Position numbers and translations under genes: made by a program. Shown one piece after another: positions 11,819-22,799 of a DNA stretch of 64,000 nucleotides. Every line of letters begins with the position of its first letter. Within the stretch, counting starts at the first letter, position 1. The stretch is from NCBI GenBank assembly GCA_946965045.2, contig OX337231.1, positions 3,720,001 through 3,784,000 of the forward strand. The letters run 5' to 3'. The notes under the pieces were generated by a model. The model worked only from the letters and a program-made list of their open reading frames with translations. It was not told the DNA's origin and did no database searches. Source of the stretch: Epithemia pelagica. Its lineage: Eukaryota > Protista > Bacillariophyta.

Positions 11819-12611
11819 GGCTATCTCCACCCGGGGCCGCTAAAGGTCCAAAAACCGCTATCGAACTCCACCATCTCCTCTAACCGCTAAACAGCTCCAC
11901 TATCCGCTATTTTTGCCGCTATTTGGAGCCCCGAATAGCGGGGAAAATAGCGGATAGCGGAGCAAAATATAACCGTCGGCATAAATAAATTAACGTCTGC
12001 TGCCAACAGTATCTCTCGTGTCGAAAACATGGCAATGGCACGTATTGATTTGTGACGATCGCTTACCATCTCTTTTTCCATTGTTGTGTTCCCTACTTCC
12101 TACAATGGGATAAGAACCATGCACAGCAAGATGATTCGAGGATCACGGATCGGAAGGAATGCAACAATCAAACAAATGCATCATTCAAACTATTGATGTG
12201 TTCGATTATCAGACAATCAATCGGAAATCGGACAGGGAATACAATAGGACGATTGGACTGCAACCTACAACCTACATCTACATTGGCCATGAACAACAAC
12301 ATGATTCACCATGACAGTCAACAATGAAGAGGGAGAACAACGAGTCCTCCATCTTTGGTTTATGCTTTGTGCTCTCGTTGATTGTCTTATTTGAATTCCG
12401 CAACTTCCGCGGCCGCACGCCGGGCACCTTTTTAGCCGAAACAAGAGAGGGCATATGCGCAATGCGTACGCGCAACGCGAGATAGCGGCGTTCTTTTAAC
12501 GGAGATCGTGGAGTTTATTTCCCTTTGGCTCCGCTAATCCGCTATCCGGATAGCGAGGCCAATCAGAAAGCCCCAAAACGTCAGCATAGCGGCGCTCGGG
12601 TGGAGATAGCC
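11819..12611. mobile_element. Non-autonomous PIF/Harbinger-like (Tourist-type) MITE, 793 bp
   Basis: Perfect 15-bp TIRs GGCTATCTCCACCCG (11819-11833) / CGGGTGGAGATAGCC (12597-12611). TTA duplication on both sides (11816-11818, 12612-12614). Many subterminal CCGCTAT/ATAGCGG motifs. Confidence 0.93.
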
Positions 12612-13697
12612 TTAGGCCGTTCCTTGATCTTCCCACAAAACCAAATTTGACGTCGTATTTCGTGACGTGTCACGCTCCAACTTTTGTTTTGCAGATTCTA
12701 GAGATACAGCCTTAGTTGAATTGTTTCATCAACGATGTCAACGATAGAACGAAGAGAGTCTGTCCGTCATACGTAAGCCCCATCTCCTCTCAGCTTCGTT
12801 TTCGGATATTGTCAAAGAAGACCAAATCCTGTTTCCTGTTTCACGCCATCATCACAACACCTTACACCATGGACGAAGTTGCTTTTATTTCCTTGTTTCT
12901 AGGACAAAAGTTGTGTGTCTTCGCGGGTCGGACATACTAGACCAGGAATTTGCCTATGTCGCTATCTCTCCATGGCAGGAAACTATCTGACCTGAGTTTT
13001 GTCAGCGTTCTACCTAGAGTGTAGAGTCATCGGCTCCTTCATTCTTCTTCGGGTATATTATTGTCCATTTTGCAAAGAAAGGATGATCCTCATGACGCCC
13101 AAGCACGTATCCGGTCCACGTGGAGATGCAATACAAGACGGCAACGCCCACGCTGTGTAGTGTACACGTTTCCTTCCTGCATTCGGTATCCATTTCTTGT
13201 CATCCATGGCAGGCCTATTGTTGCTTTCGCTCTCTCGACTGTTTCATGACTACACAGTCTTTCATATCTACAGCATTTGCGTTTCCTTTTGCTCCATGAC
13301 CCCACAAGTTTTCCTGCCAGCTGGTCTCGCACAAACCCGCTTCTGCGAGTGATGTTGTTTGTTGCACAGAGGAGACGAGGTATACTCACTCGTCCACACA
13401 AATGTGGACCACCCAACGAATCCTTTCTCGTCCTGCTGTGAGGGATCTTTTGCTGCTGCTCCTCCTTCTTTGCACCGCGGCAGTGTGGTACCAGTCGCCA
13501 TGTCCGCCACTATTCCAGTGCTATATGGAGAAATGACCAACGGGTCCCATGTCGGTTCTTTGGATTCCCCTTGCGTTCTTTGCACCAAACGCAACCACCG
13601 TCCTTTTGCGTTGTATAGTTCTGTCACGCAGGAGCCGTGAAGGTGCCGTGTGCCGCAAACAAGACTCAAGCAAGTCCTACTGACTTATACACTTGGA

Positions 13698-14518
13698 TTA
13701 ATCCAAATAGGCTCGAATCATGATTCCAAACTCCACTTGGGAATACTGTTTCTTCTTTTCCATTCTGAGAAAGGTGGCATCAAAGGCTTCCACCTCTTCG
13801 AGATCCAACTCTTCGAAAATGGGACAGTACTGGAACTGAAACTTGTTCTGGTTCTGTCTAGGTTTCTCGTCGTCTTTTTCCGTTTCCTGTTGTTCTCGTC
13901 GTCGTTGAAATGGATGATTCTTGTCGGGCGGATTCAAAATTTTGATGAGTTGTCCATAGGGATATCGACCAGTCTTGTCCGTAATGTTGTAATCTCGACA
14001 ATTCTCAAAGCCATATCCACAGTAGTTGTGGGGAGATCCCAAAATAATCACCGCCTTATAGTTCAAAGTATCCGAAGCAATGACCAAACTATGATCCACC
14101 AATCGACGTCCAATGCCCAAGCGTTGATAGTCGGGATGGACCCACAGAGGACCAAAGGTGACAGTGGGAATCTTCTCTTGCTCTTGTGGTTGGTCCTTCT
14201 CCTCCTCCATATTGTCGCTTCGAATCACATGCGACTGACTGTACATGATGCATCCCACAATCTCCTTGGTCGTTTCCAGTTCTGCCACAAAGCTCAGTTC
14301 CGGCACGTAATCGGCATGGTGGCGCAATCGATCCGTCAAGTAGTGCTCATCGCAGCCCGGACCGTAGAGATTCCAAAAGGCTCGACGGCACAACTCCTCG
14401 ACGGTCCGATAATCGGCGGGGGTTTCGTGACGAAGGATCACATTATGGTGGTGGACTGATGGTTCTTTGCTGTTGTTGTTGTTGTTGTTGTTGTTGTTGC
14501 TGTTGTTGTTGTTGTTGC

Positions 14519-14552
<34 letters not shown>

Positions 14553-14564
14553 CATGGTCGTCAT
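13698..14564 (-). CDS. GNAT family N-acetyltransferase, bacterial (YhbS-like) type, with N-terminal poly-Asn
   Basis: ILRHETPADYRTVEELCRRAFWNLYGPGCDEHYL..RLRHHADYVPELSFVAE; acetyl-CoA motif A FGPLWVHPDYQRLGIGRRL; AVIILGSP..Y..YGF; C-terminal VEAFDATF..EKK..SQ.EF. No intron. Confidence 0.92.
14468..14552. repeat. (GTT/GCT)n microsatellite encoding Asn/Ser tract of the GNAT
   Basis: Seen directly in sequence. Confidence 0.95.
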
Positions 14565-14894
14565 GGTCGGTGTTCTTTTTTTTTTTTGTCTTCGTTTGTT
14601 GTTATTTTATAATTCTATGGTGCGTGTGGTGTGTGACTAAGCGGCCGGACCGCTAAGTAGGTGGGGCTGTGTGGGGAAGAATTGTGAAAGAGTGTAGGGT
14701 GTGTAAAGTGGAACCTGTGGTTTTTGTAGAGAAAATGAGAACGTCTGGTTTTGTTCCTCGGTGTTCTCGAAAGTGGAGTGACGGACAGACCCATATATCG
14801 GTTCCGTGCGTGTGGGTAGACTATAGTTGCTTAGGAGTAGGTGGTTTGATGAGTTCGTTGTCCTGTTCTGCATAGAGACGAGTAATAGGCACGA

Positions 14895-15272
14895 TCCGCT
14901 AAGCCTCAAGTCCAACAAAGATCTACCGAATCAGTCAATCGAGAAACAAATACATGATATGCTATTCTTAATCTCTTTTTCCGGTATGCTGCCTGTCGAC
15001 TTTCGGGACGACAAACGTTCCCCCTCATACTCCTACTGCTTGATGTTTCGTTTTCTTGACCAGTTCGGCCTCCTACTGCTCGGTTTTCTGGAAGTAGGAA
15101 GTAAAGGAAGAAGCCCAATACAATGAGCAAGGGGACTCCAAGACCGACCGTGAGTCCAATGGCCAGTGCCTTGTTGGTACTTGGGTTCGTCGTCGTCGTC
15201 GTCGTCACTCGTACTGCTTTTTTGGTATGCTGCTCCTCGCTGTCACAGGTCACAGCTCAACAAGAGAGGCCA
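14895..15272 (-). pseudogene. Inverted, degenerate copy of the NikA-like gene 3' end (TM anchor + 3' UTR, 17645-17980)
   Basis: Reverse complement reads NKALAIGLTVGLGVPLLIVLGFF and continues into matching 3' UTR; contains indels and frameshifts. Confidence 0.88.
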
Positions 15273-15772
15273 ATCTAGAATCTAGGCCAATGCGGCATGC
15301 GGCTAGACTACTGCTACTTTCGCTGTCACAGGTCACAGCTCAACAAGAGAGGCCAATGCGGCTACATTACTGCTACTACTTTCGGAGCCAAGATCTTTGG
15401 CTTTGGCCTGTTCAATGTGCGACCATGCTCGGTAGGTAAGATCCGTAAGAGTATTGCATGTACTTTACACTGGACATCAACGTCAACGAGGGTGTATATC
15501 TACGAGTATAGAATAGAAGGCAGGAGTCGCCAACATCTACTCCTTTTAAGTCGTCATTATTTGGCCGATTGAGGCCGATTGTGCACGTCCATGTCCAAAG
15601 AACAGACAGTGCAAATAGGCCTAGAGATTAGGCCTTAAATGAAGTGTCTCATGTCTCGAAAGATCTTTGGGGTCGGCACACCCAAGATTTGATATGACAA
15701 AACCAATGATATTGGAACGAAGCATCTAGGTAGATCGCTCTATCGCATCGAGAAACCAAGAAGAACGACACC

Positions 15773-17856
15773 ATGATGATGATGATGATGATGATGATGA
15801 GGATGCTCGTTGGATGGGCCGTTCTTGGTTGGACAACGCCCAGTGCCGTGGCCATGACGACGACGCTGGACCTGGCACATCTCCGCCGCGCCTTGACCGA
15901 GTGAGTTTGTTCGTTGTGTGTGTTGTGGTGTTTTAGTGGAGGACGCGATCGTTGAAAAGATTTGTCCGTGGCGTGGCCGGGATACAGTTGTGTGTTGTTT
16001 GTTGTGTTGGGACCGTATCGTCGAACATGTGTGTGTCTCACAGTACCCATTGTGGTTGACACAGCACGGATGCCGCCAAGCAGTGCAACGGTCAGTTTCC
16101 CGCCCTGGATTTTTTGACGATTGAAACCGAAGTGTCGCATCAGGCGGCGGAAGCTGATGTCCGTGCCGACTTGGAGGCGGTGGGGTTCACCGTCAACAAT
16201 CGTCCCCTGAAAAAGGACGAGTACAATGCCGAATTGGTGGCGGGCAACTTTCATTTGGCCTTTTCCGAAACCTATGGGGAACCCTACGATCCTCACGCCT
16301 TTGCGGGGGGATGGCGACAAGGCGATGGCGAAGGTCTCAATCATCCCTTTGCCAACTTGACGGGTGGCGATTCCGGCGAAGAGCTCTTTCAAATGATTGA
16401 TGACGTCTTGCTGACGACGTCCGTCACGGAACGCGAGCGACAATGGCGGGCGATTCACCAGTACTATCACCGCAATGCCGTCATGTTGCCCATGTGGGGC
16501 AAGCGCGTACCGACCGTCTTGAATCGACGACTCACCAACTACGAGCCGGGACATCAACAATTCGACTATCCGGTGCATCGGCTCATTGTCAGTCCGGGAA
16601 CCTCCCGCGACTTGACCATTGCCCCTGGAGGACAAACGGGCCTCTTCCAGACTGTGGGTCGGTTGGATCCCCACACGTATCGCCCCAATGAATTTTTTGC
16701 CAACAATTGGGTCTACGAAGGCTTGGTCACGTATGGTGCAGGATCGCAAATCTTGCCTTCGTTGGCCGAAAGCTTTGACACGGAGGACAACCCCGACACG
16801 GGGGGCTACAAGTACATCTTTCAGCTTCGACAAAACGTGACCTTTCATGACGGTGCCGCCTGGAATTGTGCGGCGGCCCGACTGAACTTTGACCATTTCA
16901 CCCAAGGAGTGGGAGGAATGAGCGCCTTGCAAGACTACACCTGCGAGAGCGAATTTGTCTTTGTTGTCACGACCAACAACAAGGCCTACACCTTTCTCTA
17001 CGATCTGGCCTACATTCGGCCCCGCCGCATGCTCTCCCCCCAAGCCTTTTTGAATGGACCCACCACAGATCCCATTACCGCAAATTCCTGCGAGCCATCG
17101 CGGACGACCATTGAAGGTATTACCTGTGTGGGCATTGCCAATGTGGCCGGGACCGGGCCGTTCGTGTTGGCCTCGGACTTGCCGGACCGCAATAATCGAG
17201 ACCCCAGTTCGAACCATATCGATGACGAGGTCCTCTTTACCGTCAATCAAGACTACTGGGATGGTCCAGCGCAGTTTGATTCCCTCAAGGTGGTTCGGTA
17301 TGAGACGACGCAAGCCGTCAAGGCGGCCCTCTTGAACAATGAGCTCGACATTGTCTGGGGCTCGGGCGTCTTGACCAACACGGACATTTTGGAACTGCGG
17401 GACCAGGACGACAGCAATGTCAATGTCTTTTTCTCGTCCGATATTCAAAATGGCATGATCATTTTCAACACGGGCAAGGCGCCTCTGAATGACTTTAATG
17501 TCCGCAAGATTATTATGCACTCGATCCACAAGAGCGAAATTGTTGAAAAGGAACAGTTGGGCCAAGTCGTGGACAATGTCTTTCCCCGTCATATTCGCCA
17601 TTGCGACGTGGACTTGACGCCCCATTGGGATTATGATCCCGAAAAGGCCGTCTTGTTGAGCTGTGAAAGCGAGGAGCAGAAAAACAAAAAAAGCAGTACA
17701 AGTGACGACGACGATAACAAGGCACTGGCCATTGGACTCTCGCTTGGTCTCGGAATCCCCTTGCTCATTGTATTGGGTTTCTTCATTTACTACTTTCAGA
17801 AAACCAAGCAGTACGAGGCCGAACTGGTCAAGAAAACGGAAAACCAAGCCGTATGA
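15773..17856 (+). CDS. nikA: NikA-like family-5 solute-binding protein, circularly permuted, with signal peptide and C-terminal TM anchor; exon1 15773-15900, exon2 16065-17856
   Basis: SETYGEPYDPHAF (E. coli NikA HRTWGAPYDPHAF) comes before LDPHTYRPNEFFANNWVYEGLV (NikA LNPHLYTPNQMFAQSMVYEPLV). Also GTGPF, NQDYWDG, FNTGKAPLND..VRK, WDYDPEKA. GTGAGT..CAG phase-2 intron restores the frame. Confidence 0.88.
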
Positions 17857-19925
17857 GTATGAGGGGGAACGTGTGTCGTCACGAACAGCGAAAACCGATG
17901 AAGAATAGCGTATTAACCTTACCTAGTTGTGTCTCGATTGAATGATTCGGCATCTGTGTTGGACTAGGTGTGGCGGACCTCTCTACTACAGGAAAGCAAT
18001 TGCCAGGAAACTAGAGTCTACCCACACAGATGTAACCGATAGCTGAGTCTGTCCGTCTTTCCATTGCAAGAAAACCAAAGAACAACTCTCTAAGTCTTCC
18101 TACCTAGTCGAGTTTTGGAGTTCGCTTCGCAAGTCGCATCGAAAAGTGGGACTGGGATCTGGGATGCAAGATGCAATTGAGACTTTGGGGTGAAATAATC
18201 TGCTCCACCGTTGTCATTGTCAACCTTCCCTCTCTTTGCAGAATCCAACGTTTTCTTGTTGGAACGTCACAAAACAGTCACTTCCTTGGTGAGGGAGCAG
18301 CAACAACCCAGTCGCTGTTGCTGTATTCGGTGGTGTATCGGATGAGACTGTTGCCGTGGAACCAACGGTATCGATCGGCGGACAGCCACTCTGGTTGGAT
18401 CAACAAAATCGGATAGGAGGTGGATTGTCAAGAACAGCCCGCCACGACGACGACGACAAGACGTGCCAAGGAGAGATCTGAATCCGCCTTGCTTGCTTGC
18501 ATGAGGAGTCAGGCTCGATAACTTATTTTCATCATATACCATATTCACATGCTTGCTACAAGCCAGCGAATAGCCTTCTTCGAGACAATCCAGAGGCCAT
18601 TGTCGGAGAGGTCTTATGCCCAATCATCAGCCACTGTGACTCCACCAACGAAAGCAAGACATATGGTGAACTCGCTATTCGGAGCCTTGTGATCCACTCA
18701 ACTAAGTTGCGGTTCTTTTGTGCGTTTGCGCCTTGGCCTGGCCTTGTTGTAAGAGGTAGTGGCAAAAGTCGAGGAGGCAGTACAACAACACCTGTGGCAA
18801 ATCGTCTGGATCCGCAGTCATTTGAACCTGGCACTTGTACCGCTCCGAGCATGAACCCATGTCCACAACATGCTATTGCAGAAAGCCAGATTCTTCATGA
18901 CTTGTGTGAGCACAGTCCATGAATTCATCACCATCATTGTTGTATTGCCCGAGCCAACAACACATTCCACAGAGCTGCATAGAAGCGTCACTCGAGTGAG
19001 AGACAGACAAGGATACACATGTTGTTATACAGCCGAGATTGATACCTCGGAACGAAGCAGCACCCGTACCATACATCAATTCACGATCACTGGACCAACT
19101 GAGATCATTCGGACATTAGAACTGTGAGAATGAAAAGGCCGCTTGGTCACAAAGTCTCACCAAACCCTCCAACATATGCAAATCGATCGTTGCTACGAGC
19201 AAGCTGCCGCTTCATGTCGTTCGATCTAGTACCAAAAGAGATGGAGGACCATGAGATCTCTCGTGTCATGATGAATAGAAATGTTCGACTTGACGGACCG
19301 AGAAACATGGCAATCGGTGGGATGGACGCATGCGTTTTGCGTTGTGAAGAGCGGAACTTTCGGACTACTAGAGAAAGAGATGGAAGAACTTGTGCCATAA
19401 TGAATCGACATGATGTGTTCAAGAAGTCGACTCTTGACGGATCGAGAATCGAGAATGGTGGATGGACACGATGGACATGCGTTGAAGAGTGACGAGCGGA
19501 CCTCCGTTCAGAACACCACCTGGCGCTATTGCTATGCCCGCATAGACTGCATAGCACCTCGATCAAAGCCCCTCTGGATGGTGGAGCACTGCGGGATTGG
19601 CCGTCCTGTTCTTTGGAAAAAAACAACCAGAATGAATACAAAATACACGATGACGTTGAATATATTGAATGGGCAATCGGCATTCGGCCCAATACAACAC
19701 TGGGCAATCGCCGAGAGGAAACATTACTACTTCTTGTGGGCATGATGCACGGAGTACGACGTGTCCTCTGATTTTCGCTTTTGGCTATGATCATGAACGA
19801 AGAAGCTATTAAAGCTACCCTTCCGAGTATACCCGAACAGGCCAAAGATGTAACGGAGACTAACGTTTGCTGCGAGAAAAATGGCGGGGCTCCTAGAGAT
19901 CCAAAAAAGTTCTTTTTCCAGAAAA

Positions 19926-19999
19926 ATGGTATGCAATCTTTGCGATTGTGCATGTCGAGTTGATGGTATGCAATCTTTGCGATTGTGCATGTCGAGTTG
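19926..19999 (+). repeat. Perfect 37-bp tandem duplication
   Basis: ATGGTATGCAATCTTTGCGATTGTGCATGTCGAGTTG x2, just upstream of the DUF6824 paralog C start. Confidence 0.95.
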
Positions 20000-20040
20000 A
20001 CCGTTCCTGTCTATCCCGCATTTCTCGATCGGCCCAAAGG

Positions 20041-20957
20041 ATGGAGACAAACAATACCCGTTCCCAAACAACCAAAATCATGGCGGCTTGCAAGCAATAT
20101 AGCGAGACTTGTGAGGATCGTCGTGTTTGCGATGCTGTCGAGAATGGGTTTCGACCTGCAGATGTGGTCATGGGTCGAGGAAAGGGCATCTATGAACGTC
20201 AAGGCAACAAGGCCTACATGGAAATTATCTCCTCCTTTGTCCCTGCCTACAGGACGGCCCGTAAAAATGCCGACAAGATCCGCATCACCCAGGACGTGAT
20301 TGCCTTGGTGAAGCAGGGAGGTGGCCGCTTTTTGGGAATGAATCCTCGAAACAAGCAAGTCTATGAGGTATCCGATGGGGAAGCACGCATCAAAGTATCG
20401 CAGGTAAGCTGCTGCTACCTAGATCCTACCAGCGCAATCTATATGCCCCCCTGCTACATTTTTTGTCCTTGTCCATTTGCTCATGTGGTTTGGTTTCGGC
20501 TGTATCATCATTTTCTCTGTAGGCACTGCGGCACAAGCGGTTGGTGACGGAACGGAATCGAAAACGAGCGGGACAAGACCTGGAAGAATGCGCCACGAAA
20601 GAGGAGGAAGAGGCTGGGCGTTGGAACGACCACCCTAGTGGTACGGATCCTTTACCAAAGAAACGCAAGACGATGGAGTCGGTAACCTCGTCCGTTGTGG
20701 AACCACTACAAACGGGTGACTCGGAACATGGTGTGGCACCACAAGGAGTCGAGTTGACGACCACAACGACAGAATGCAGGGGAAAACCACTGGACCATGT
20801 TTTGGAACCAGACGTTGGTCTGTCATATCCTTGGCTTTGTGAGGAGCACATGTACAGTGCGTGCCATGATCTATGGAAGCTTCGAGAAGAAGACCACTCC
20901 TTGTTGTCGTGGACGGGACTCACGGAAGAAGATCTCGAGTCTCTCATGCTCTCTTAA
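20041..20957 (+). CDS. DUF6824-domain protein (paralog C), 2 exons; intron 20404-20522
   Basis: DVVMGRGKGIYERQGNKAY...GGRFL..YEVSDGEARIKVSQ|ALRHKRL. GTAAGC donor, TAG acceptor. Confidence 0.87.
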
Positions 20958-21584
20958 TCAAAGAACGGCACCACCTTCCATTGTGGCATGGACCTTTGGA
21001 TGGCACAAAAGACAAGCTCTGCAAACGCGAACAGGAACTAGATCCTTGGGTTTGCCCCACTCATGCATTGAATTGGAAGACAACCTTTAGACTCTCTTGG
21101 AATACGACGAGACTGTGGTCCATGGTCCCCCGAAGAGTTGTGAGAATGGGTAGCCAGGGTAGCGAGAAGGCCCCTTCCACCGAACCATGGATTTGTCGCT
21201 TTCTGGACCACTTTCTGAGTTCTGAGTCAACCAGCTACAGTGCTATAGATTGCATACAATACTCCGAACCTAGCATACGAATACACGAAACAATGGCCCG
21301 ACATCGTCACCGCCAGAAAAAATCCTTGGGACCAACATAGAGAGCAACAATAACAAAAAACAACCAAGTTAACACCAATAACCCATCATATCCAAAAGTG
21401 TGTTTGGACACCTAGGGAAGATGATGTTCTTGACGATGATGAAAGATGACGGATAAGAGACCTGCAAGTCGCTTCTAAGGAAAGCCAATAGACTAAACCT
21501 ACCTAGGTTGTTGCACAATCTTCATAATGTAGTAGTTAGAATTACAACAGTCGTTTATTCATGTTCCCCTCCTAATCTTCTGAA

Positions 21585-22799
21585 TCATCTTTGTTCTTCT
21601 TCATCCTCCTCACTGCCGGCATCGAGTTGGGCAATTTGGGATAAAAACTGGAGTGGATTTTGGCGTTCTTCCAAGGACACCTTGCGAAGTGCCCTTCGAG
21701 GTCGTTTGAATTTGACCAAGAGAGCCGATCGATCGTCCAGGTCTGTTGTGGTGGTGGGTACCGTGTGACTGCGTCGTTTGCGAACCACAATGGGTATTTC
21801 GTGCAAGACAGGAGGTGGTGGTGTGGTCGTATTGTTGCTGGAACAGGACGAAACACTGGTTCGATCGGAACGAGACACTCTTCGTACCGGTGGTGATGTA
21901 GTGGTGGTAGTTGTCGTCGTTGCGGGAGTCGTCTCCTTGGATGTGAAGGTGGTAGCAAGTTTGGTGGTGATGCTGCTGTTGTGTCTCTTGTTGTTGGTCG
22001 AGATTGTGACTGGAATGCCTTGCTCGAGAATGCCTTGTTGTCGTTGACTGGCGGCATTTTGCAAGGCTAGGGCGGTAAACTTTTGCGCATGCACTCGATG
22101 TACTTCGGTCCAAACTTGTTGCGCCGAAGAAAAGCGAATGAAATGTCCACCTTGATCGGCCACCGATTGGAGGAGGGAGGCCACCAAGGCTTTGCGTTTG
22201 CGTTGATTGCCAGCCGTGTAATTGGGCAGCGACTGCCGAATGAGGGTCTTGAATTCCCGATTGGGATAATGAGCCATATCCACCACGACATCGTATTCGT
22301 GCGGCAAATAATCACTGGGAAAGACTTGGAGATTCGAATCGGCGGATTGAGACGAGGATTCCTTGAGATTGCTCTTGCTGTGCGCATCCGGATTGAATTT
22401 GGGCAATTTCAAATTGTTGAGTTTGGTGGAAATGGGGAGTTTGAACAATTCCTCCACCGAGGTGACGGGAGCGGCCGTGGCAAGGCCCGAAGGTGCTCGT
22501 GCGGATGATGATGATGCTGCTGCTGTTGAGGAGGATGAGTGCGAGTTGGAGTTCGCGTTTGGGGAGGTGGTAGTAGAACGGTTCGTGTTGCTGTTGCTGT
22601 GGTTGTTGGGACACGAATCTTGTGCGGCTCGTACCACGGAGGGAGTCACCATGGCCCTCAGAAGCTGTCGTTGCAGTTCTTGTTGTTGCTGTTCAACCTC
22701 TCGTTGTCGTTGCTGGGCTTGGATTAAGGCTTCCAATTGTGCTAAATCAAACTCCATGCCTGCATTGCGCAGCAACAATTGTGCATAGGTGCCGCTCAT
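21585..22799 (-). CDS. Divergent intronless DUF6824-like protein with N-terminal Gln-rich region (paralog D)
   Basis: PHEYDVVV..PNREFKTLIRQ....Y......RK.LV...LQSV..QGGHF......WTEV....A.KFTALALQ matches the family pattern but lacks the GRG motif. Confidence 0.65.
   Translation of the reverse strand: MSGTYAQLLLRNAGMEFDLAQLEALIQAQQRQREVEQQQQELQRQLLRAMVTPSVVRAAQDSCPNNHSNSNTNRSTTTSPNANSNSHSSSSTAAASSSSARAPSGLATAAPVTSVEELFKLPISTKLNNLKLPKFNPDAHSKSNLKESSSQSADSNLQVFPSDYLPHEYDVVVDMAHYPNREFKTLIRQSLPNYTAGNQRKRKALVASLLQSVADQGGHFIRFSSAQQVWTEVHRVHAQKFTALALQNAASQRQQGILEQGIPVTISTNNKRHNSSITTKLATTFTSKETTPATTTTTTTTSPPVRRVSRSDRTSVSSCSSNNTTTPPPPVLHEIPIVVRKRRSHTVPTTTTDLDDRSALLVKFKRPRRALRKVSLEERQNPLQFLSQIAQLDAGSEEDEEEQR

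Noticed and set aside
15649-17847. 732-aa minus-strand ORF
   Set aside because: Antisense shadow of the NikA-like gene; no motifs of its own.
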